A program made the translations under genes and the position numbers. A stretch of DNA of 64,000 nucleotides from the NCBI GenBank assembly GCA_003567725.1, contig PWYU01000077.1:1-64000 (forward strand), written 5' to 3'. This DNA is from Syntrophomonadaceae bacterium (lineage in GTDB: Bacteria > Bacillota > Dethiobacteria > DTU022). The notes under the pieces are model-generated. The model was given only the letters and a program-made list of their open reading frames with translations, made no database searches and was not told the DNA's origin. Of this stretch, positions 58,550-64,000 are shown piece by piece (the first letter of the stretch is position 1; the number at the start of each line of letters is the position of its first letter).

Positions 58550-59918
58550 AAAAATAAAAACCCTTTTACTGCTCGTATTAATCGGTTCAAGCTTGTTTTT
58601 AACCTATCAATTGTGGTATGGGCATAAACCAACCGAATTAACTGTTGAAGATGTATATGAGCAGGTAGATGCTGAAAATCCTCGCCTAATTGAAGATGCG
58701 ATCACACCTTACAGGATTGTAGTTAATCAGAATGACGACTATTACTTGTTAAGACAGGATGAGGTGCTTTTCGCACGTTACTGGAGATACTTGTCCGATT
58801 TGCTCAGTACTCTTGAAACTAACTATTCTTCCGGGGAACCACCTGAACTGGAAGGGGAAGTATTAGCTTGCCTTAAATGCTATTTTGATCCTCTTCTTCC
58901 AACAGGTGATGAAATGCCCTGGCTTACTGGTGTTTCTGGTGAAGGATTAGACATGCTTAAAATATATTGTTATGAAGATGAGGTTTGGCTGGTTCTTAAT
59001 CAACCCGGCGCAGAGGGAACAAAGCACTTGTTCTTAGATCAAGCCGAATCTTTACAGATTAAAAACTTTATTAGCTATATGATAATCGATCATGAAAAAA
59101 CTTACAGTTTGTTGACCCCTGAGCTGGCTAATGAGAAGTTCGGCTTGGACATTGATGTTCACCCTTCCATTTATGTCCCCCAGGATGAGGTGGTCATGAC
59201 TAGTTTTTTATTAAATAAAGAAGTATTAGATGAAGAATTATTGTTAAAAACTTTTTTTGTTGATTATAATCTGGCCAGGGTAATAGAGGAAAGAGATGGT
59301 GGGTTGCTTTATACAGATGGTGAAAAAGGCTTACGTCTAGCAGATTATAGTTTTGAGTATTCCTATCCAAGGTTGGAAGAAGGATCCACGAGTGCGACAT
59401 ATGAAGAGGCATTGCGAAGCAGTATAAACCTTGTAAACTATCATGGAGGCTGGCCTGAACATTTGCGCCTTGAAAATATTGAGCTGCAAAGCCGCAGGGG
59501 AAAATTTTTCTATAATGCAGAATGGAAAATGTATTACAACGGTTATCCAATTCTAACCGCTCAATCAACAAAGGCTTCGTTTAATGATTTAGGGCTTTTT
59601 CACTTTTCCAGAATGTTATTCAAGCCTGAAGATGATCCTGAGTTTGCTAATGCGGACTCTTCCTCTGTTGAAAAGATTTATCAGGTCAGCATTACTGACT
59701 GGACTGAAGCTGTTATGAAAGCAATCGATCAATTTGATGATTATTTAATGATCTCCGGTGCCAGTATTAGATTGGGGAAAGTTGACCTGGGCTATGCTGC
59801 GCTTGGCTCTGAAGGTTTGCCTAGAGCAGTGCCGGTCTGGATTATCTCAATAAACGGGGAAACAATTTTATTAAAAGCTGATGATTTAGAAACTATCCGT
59901 AAGGAGGATTTATTTTGA
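58539..59918 (+). CDS. yycH: WalK regulator YycH-like
   Basis: 459 aa with an N-terminal TM (MLEKIKTLLLLVLIGSSLFLTYQLW) resembling B. subtilis YycH. It overlaps the walK stop. Confidence 0.7.
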   Translation: MMLEKIKTLLLLVLIGSSLFLTYQLWYGHKPTELTVEDVYEQVDAENPRLIEDAITPYRIVVNQNDDYYLLRQDEVLFARYWRYLSDLLSTLETNYSSGEPPELEGEVLACLKCYFDPLLPTGDEMPWLTGVSGEGLDMLKIYCYEDEVWLVLNQPGAEGTKHLFLDQAESLQIKNFISYMIIDHEKTYSLLTPELANEKFGLDIDVHPSIYVPQDEVVMTSFLLNKEVLDEELLLKTFFVDYNLARVIEERDGGLLYTDGEKGLRLADYSFEYSYPRLEEGSTSATYEEALRSSINLVNYHGGWPEHLRLENIELQSRRGKFFYNAEWKMYYNGYPILTAQSTKASFNDLGLFHFSRMLFKPEDDPEFANADSSSVEKIYQVSITDWTEAVMKAIDQFDDYLMISGASIRLGKVDLGYAALGSEGLPRAVPVWIISINGETILLKADDLETIRKEDLF

Positions 59919-60799
59919 ATCTGGGCCAGGCCAAATTAATATTAATTATTGCCTTTACAGGATTAAATGTCTTTCTTGGTTATCAACTTTTTTGGCCTGA
60001 TTTTGGCAGGCTGACAGAGGTAGCGGTTACTACTGAGCAGCTGAGGGAAACTGAGCAAAAAATGGAAGAAAACAACTATATTTTAGAAACTCAGATTAAT
60101 CGCTCTCAGTTAACCAGTGATTTTATCACTGTAACACCATCCTGGGAAATCAGGCAGGAATTCTTGTACCAACTGATTAAAAGCGGTGTACAGATAGAAA
60201 GAATTGAGCATATGACTTATTACCATGCTGACGATATGCTGGCAATTATTCATACCAGTGGCCTAATACAGCTGTTTTACCATAAAGGAATATCTCTGGA
60301 AGACGAGATTGTGGAACTTGATGAAAATGATTTGGCAGAAAGTGTGAAAAGCTATTTGGCAGTAAACAATCTCCTCCCAGAGAACATTACTTTTGACTAC
60401 ATGGAGAAGATAAGCGAAGGGCGCTTAGCATTAAAATATCATCAACACTTAGATGATGTTCCGATCTTCTCAGGACAGGTAAAAGTTATTCTGGAGGATA
60501 AAAAAATTAATGCTGTAGAAATATACTGGCTTGATCCCTCTGAGCGGTCTCCAAAAAGAGAAATGGAAGTTATCTCTTCTGCGGAAGCGTTAAATAATCT
60601 TGTTTCTGAATTAGGCCCAAGCGCAGTTAAACGCCATATAACAAAGATAGATTTAGGCTATTATAGTGGAGAGTATGATGCTGAAAAATGGGAAGTTCCT
60701 CCTGTCTGGCGCATAGTATTTGATAATAAACAGTACTATTATATTAATGCTTTTACAGGCAACCTGGAAAAAGACATAGTTATTCCGGATCAGCTCTAA
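59915..60799 (+). CDS. yycI: WalK regulator YycI-like
   Basis: 294 aa with an N-terminal TM (KLILIIAFTGLNVFLGYQLFW). It overlaps yycH by 4 nt. Confidence 0.7.
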   Translation: MNLGQAKLILIIAFTGLNVFLGYQLFWPDFGRLTEVAVTTEQLRETEQKMEENNYILETQINRSQLTSDFITVTPSWEIRQEFLYQLIKSGVQIERIEHMTYYHADDMLAIIHTSGLIQLFYHKGISLEDEIVELDENDLAESVKSYLAVNNLLPENITFDYMEKISEGRLALKYHQHLDDVPIFSGQVKVILEDKKINAVEIYWLDPSERSPKREMEVISSAEALNNLVSELGPSAVKRHITKIDLGYYSGEYDAEKWEVPPVWRIVFDNKQYYYINAFTGNLEKDIVIPDQL

Positions 60800-60850
60800 A
60801 TTTGTTTTTTATAAGTGGGATTTAATGTTATAATTGAAGCGGAGGTAAAT

Positions 60851-62140
60851 ATGGAAAGTTTTAAAGTTAAAGGTAATGCTAACTTGAAAGGAAACGTAAT
60901 TATTAGCGGTTCTAAAAATGCCGCTGTTGCAGTATTACCGGCTGTGGTACTAACAAAAGAAACTGTACGCCTGGATAATATTCCTGATATCACCGATGTT
61001 CGTACTATGATCAAAATCCTTGAAAATCTTGGAGTATCAATTCGCAGGCGGGGTAGAAATGCTTTAGATTTAACTCCAAACCATCTGGCCGCTATTGATC
61101 CATCTTACGATCTGGTAAAAAAAATGAGAGCTTCTTACTATTTTATGGGCAGTCTCTTGGCGCGTTTTGGGCAGGCGAGAGTGCCAATCCCCGGAGGTTG
61201 TGATCTGGGCCCTCGTCCAATAGATCAACATCTAAAGGGCTTTTCTGCTTTAGGGGCAGACATTAATATCGAGCACGGGATGATTAATCTTTCTGCAAAA
61301 AGACTGGTTGGTACAAATATCTATCTTGATGTGGTCAGTATTGGGGCAACTATAAACCTGATGTTAGCAGCCTCATCTGCTGAAGGAAGAACAGTTTTGG
61401 AAAATGTTGCCAAAGAGCCGGAAATTGTTGACCTGGCAAACTTTTTAAATGCTATGGGAGCGAAAATTAGGGGAGCCGGTACAGATGTTATCAGGATTGA
61501 CGGTGTAAAAGAATATAGAGGAGTGGCTCACACTGTTATTCCGGATAGAATTGAAGCAGGGACTTTTATGCTGGCAGCAGCAGCAACCGGCGGCTCAGTA
61601 GCAGTAGAAGAGATTATACCAAAACACCTTGAAGCTATAACTGCTAAGCTGCGTGAAGCTGGAGCACATGTGGTAGTGGAACCCGAAAAAATAAATATTG
61701 CAGCTCCCGATCCCCTTCTGCCTTCTGATCTTAAAACCTTTCCCTATCCAGGCTTTCCCACAGATCTTCAACCGCAAGGCATGGTTTTATTGACTGCGGC
61801 AAAGGGGCTTAGTGTTATTACTGAAAATGTTTTTGATGGCCGCTTTAATCAAGTCGATGAGCTGAAAAGAATGGGAGCTAAAATTAAAGTGGAAGGACGG
61901 ACAGCATTGATTGAAGGAGGAACTCGATTATCTGGAGCTCCTGTTACAGCTCATGATCTACGATCAGGCGCGGCTTTGTTAATAGCTGCCCTAATGGCGG
62001 ATGGAGAGAGTCAAATCAGTGCTATTAAACATATTGATCGGGGCTATGAAAACTTTGAACAAAAACTTATCAATCTTGGCGCGTCTATCCAAAGGGTTAG
62101 TGATGATAATTATGAGCAATTATCAAGTAGCCTTGATTGA
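60851..62140 (+). CDS. murA: UDP-N-acetylglucosamine 1-carboxyvinyltransferase
   Basis: It starts MESFKVKGNANLKGNVIISGSKNAAV with RBS GGAGGT. The active-site Cys region reads …PGGCDLGPRPIDQH…. Confidence 0.9.
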   Translation: MESFKVKGNANLKGNVIISGSKNAAVAVLPAVVLTKETVRLDNIPDITDVRTMIKILENLGVSIRRRGRNALDLTPNHLAAIDPSYDLVKKMRASYYFMGSLLARFGQARVPIPGGCDLGPRPIDQHLKGFSALGADINIEHGMINLSAKRLVGTNIYLDVVSIGATINLMLAASSAEGRTVLENVAKEPEIVDLANFLNAMGAKIRGAGTDVIRIDGVKEYRGVAHTVIPDRIEAGTFMLAAAATGGSVAVEEIIPKHLEAITAKLREAGAHVVVEPEKINIAAPDPLLPSDLKTFPYPGFPTDLQPQGMVLLTAAKGLSVITENVFDGRFNQVDELKRMGAKIKVEGRTALIEGGTRLSGAPVTAHDLRSGAALLIAALMADGESQISAIKHIDRGYENFEQKLINLGASIQRVSDDNYEQLSSSLD

Positions 62141-62348
62141 CAGTGGCCCCTGGTCTTTGAACTCTCCTCTTTACGATTAAAGTTTCATTCTGTAAACTAT
62201 ATACACAACTGATTGTAGTCAATAAAAGTAACGGTCAGCCGAGCAGTTAATGAAATATTATAATAGGCAACCTATCTCCTCTTCTAGATTCTGACCTAAT
62301 TACAATTCCAAACAACAATTCGGCTGAAATTAAGGAGGTATTTAAATA

Positions 62349-63632
62349 GTGGAACGGCAACATAATTTTAACAGTAATTCAAGCCGGAATAAAGCCTGGG
62401 CTTTAATTGGATATTTTTCTTTTGGGATCCTGGGTATGCTTTTAGGGGCAGCATTAGTTTATGGAGTATTTTACTTTTTCCTGGTCCCTCATGCTGAAGA
62501 AGTAGTTCCCGATGAGGTAGCTGTAGAGGAGGAAAATGATGTTCGGGGCGAAGCCTCTCCACCAACACCAGGTAGGGATATAGATAGAGATCTGGTCGCA
62601 GTAGTGGATCAGGTCATGCCAGCTGTTGTAGGTGTAAGCAGTCACTTTGATTTTACCGAGTTTGGTGGCCAGCAATTTGAACAAACCGAGTCCGCATCTG
62701 GAGTTGTTATTTCACCTGATGGATATATTATTACTAACCATCATGTCATACAAAATGCCGAGCAAATTAAAGTGATCATGCCTGAAAAAGGAGTTTTTGA
62801 TGCTGAACTGGTTGGCTCTGATCCTATGACCGACTTAGCTCTGATTCGCATAGATGAAAGTAACCTTACCTATGCCCCACTGGCAGACTCTGGTCAAGCC
62901 AGGGTTGGAGAAACTGTTTTAGCCATAGGAAATCCTCTGGGGCTTCAACAAACAGTAACTGCCGGCATTATTAGCGCAGTAGAACGCCAGGTAATGATTC
63001 CCGGTACTGACTATGCCTACACTTTTATCCAGACAGATGCAGTGGTTAATCCTGGCAACAGCGGAGGACCACTGGTTAATCTCGAAGGTGAAATAGTGGG
63101 TATTAATACAGCCAAGATTGCCCTCCCAGGGGTTGAAGGTATCGGATTTTCCGTGCCCAGTAATACCGTAGACAGGGTAACCAGGGACTTTTTGGAATAC
63201 CGGAAAGTGCTAAGACCACATATGGGAGTATTGATTGAAGATTGGCTTAATTATGAAGATCCTGAACCCGATATGGGCATACGCTTGATTGAAATTGTTC
63301 CTGAAAGCCCTGCTGATGAAGCTGGATTGGTTGTAGGGGATATAATTGTCGCTATAGACGATCAAAAGATAGATTTTTTAGCTCAACTATTTGATATTAT
63401 GCTTTATTACTACCCTGGTGATACGGTTACGATTACTTTTTACAGGAATGGAGAAGAAAAACAAACAAGGTTGACCTTTGATGAGCGGCCGGACAACTTA
63501 TTTGAAGAACCTTTTGATCCTGAACCTTTTGATCCTGAACCTTTTGATCCTGAAGATTTTGAAGATGAAGATCTGGAAGATGAAGGCTTAAATGAAGAAG
63601 AAGATGCCGGGGAAGATGAACTGGAAGATTGA
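62349..63632 (+). CDS. htrA: Membrane-anchored HtrA/DegP-family serine protease with one PDZ domain and an acidic repeat tail
   Basis: It has a GTG start with AAGGAGG 11 nt upstream, a TM anchor, and a trypsin domain (H…D…GNSGGPLVN). PDZ reads …GDIIVAIDDQKI…. The C-terminus has EPFDPEPFDPEPFDPEDFEDEDLEDE…. Confidence 0.85.
   Translation: MERQHNFNSNSSRNKAWALIGYFSFGILGMLLGAALVYGVFYFFLVPHAEEVVPDEVAVEEENDVRGEASPPTPGRDIDRDLVAVVDQVMPAVVGVSSHFDFTEFGGQQFEQTESASGVVISPDGYIITNHHVIQNAEQIKVIMPEKGVFDAELVGSDPMTDLALIRIDESNLTYAPLADSGQARVGETVLAIGNPLGLQQTVTAGIISAVERQVMIPGTDYAYTFIQTDAVVNPGNSGGPLVNLEGEIVGINTAKIALPGVEGIGFSVPSNTVDRVTRDFLEYRKVLRPHMGVLIEDWLNYEDPEPDMGIRLIEIVPESPADEAGLVVGDIIVAIDDQKIDFLAQLFDIMLYYYPGDTVTITFYRNGEEKQTRLTFDERPDNLFEEPFDPEPFDPEPFDPEDFEDEDLEDEGLNEEEDAGEDELED
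63508..63560 (+). repeat. Perfect 15-nt tandem repeat (3.5 copies) inside htrA encoding (EPFDP)n
   Basis: gaaccttttgatcct appears three times as perfect tandem copies, followed by a degenerate half copy. Confidence 0.8.
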
Positions 63633-63647
63633 GATGGAGGTCGATGT

Positions 63648-64000
63648 TTGCGTCTGTTATTTGTATTTATAGATGGTGTTGGCCTGGGAGAGCATAAGGA
63701 TAGTAATCCATTTGTCTATACCGATACGCCGGGATTGTCGAAGCTCTTAGGTGGAAATAATCTTGTCAGCTCGACGGTCAATTATCAGGACTCTAAAGTT
63801 TCAGTACTGGGATTGGATGCTAAACTGGGGATAATTGGTTTGCCCCAAAGCGCTACGGGTCAGACTACAATATTTACAGGCGAAAATGCTGCTGCTTTCC
63901 TGGGCCGTCATCTCAGAGGATTCCCAAACTTGTCTCTTAGGAACCTCATTGCCGAGAAAACGCTTTTTAAGCAGTTAAAAAATAAAGGATACAGGGTGGC
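63648..64000 (+). CDS. Metalloenzyme-superfamily protein (alkaline-phosphatase-like; cofactor-independent phosphoglycerate mutase / phosphopentomutase-like), 5' partial
   Basis: TTG start with GGAGG 7 nt upstream. The N-terminus LRLLFVFIDGVGLGEHKDSNPF… is typical of the metalloenzyme domain. It runs off the window end. Confidence 0.5.
   Translation, partial: MRLLFVFIDGVGLGEHKDSNPFVYTDTPGLSKLLGGNNLVSSTVNYQDSKVSVLGLDAKLGIIGLPQSATGQTTIFTGENAAAFLGRHLRGFPNLSLRNLIAEKTLFKQLKNKGYRV

Noticed and set aside
62141-62348. WalR-box-like TGTAAA…TACACA upstream of htrA
   Set aside because: The second half-site does not match TGTWAH, and the spacing to the next TGTAGT is 17 nt rather than 5.

Overview
This window reads as the replication-origin region of a low/moderate-GC Firmicutes chromosome, probably from a Clostridia-like anaerobe. 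No rRNA, CRISPR array, transposase or integrase was seen.

Minus strand, reading from high to low coordinates: dnaA, dnaN, recF, a DUF721/DciA-like gene, a remB-like gene, gyrB, then about 5.5 kb of inserted cargo (a class-III aminotransferase and a TAXI-type TRAP transporter), then gyrA. After gyrA come a 5S-type carboxyltransferase subunit, a T-box leader driving ilvE-ilvD-ilvBN-leuCD, an EF-G paralog and ddl. Next are a family-4 uracil-DNA glycosylase, an OmpR-type response regulator and histidine kinase, and a large membrane-anchored beta-propeller + 2xGerMN (LpqB-like) gene. The minus strand ends with argS-serS, a tRNA-Ser/tRNA-Ser/tRNA-Arg cluster, and a two-gene encapsulin nanocompartment operon (EncFtn cargo carrying a C-terminal targeting peptide, plus a family-1 shell).

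Plus strand, starting at the dnaA/rpmH intergenic oriC (DnaA boxes and a rpmH promoter): rpmH-rnpA-yidD-yidC-jag-mnmE-rsmG (mnmG is absent)-noc-soj-spo0J followed by a perfect parS. Then an M23 peptidase/bactofilin pair, adk, DUF951-ychF, an AI-2E transporter, rpsF-ssb-rpsR, rplI-dnaB, a COG2509 FAD protein, a WalRK-YycHI-like module followed by murA (no walJ), and an HtrA protease with an acidic tandem-repeat tail. The window ends in a partial metalloenzyme gene.

Items most worth a second look:
- the EncFtn-encapsulin operon;
- the two-component system + LpqB-like module, which resembles actinobacterial MtrAB-LpqB but sits in a Firmicute;
- the gyrB/gyrA split by a TRAP/aminotransferase insertion;
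- the M23/bactofilin pair;
- a DciA-like gene at a Firmicute origin;
- loss of mnmG from the conserved mnmE-mnmG-rsmG array.
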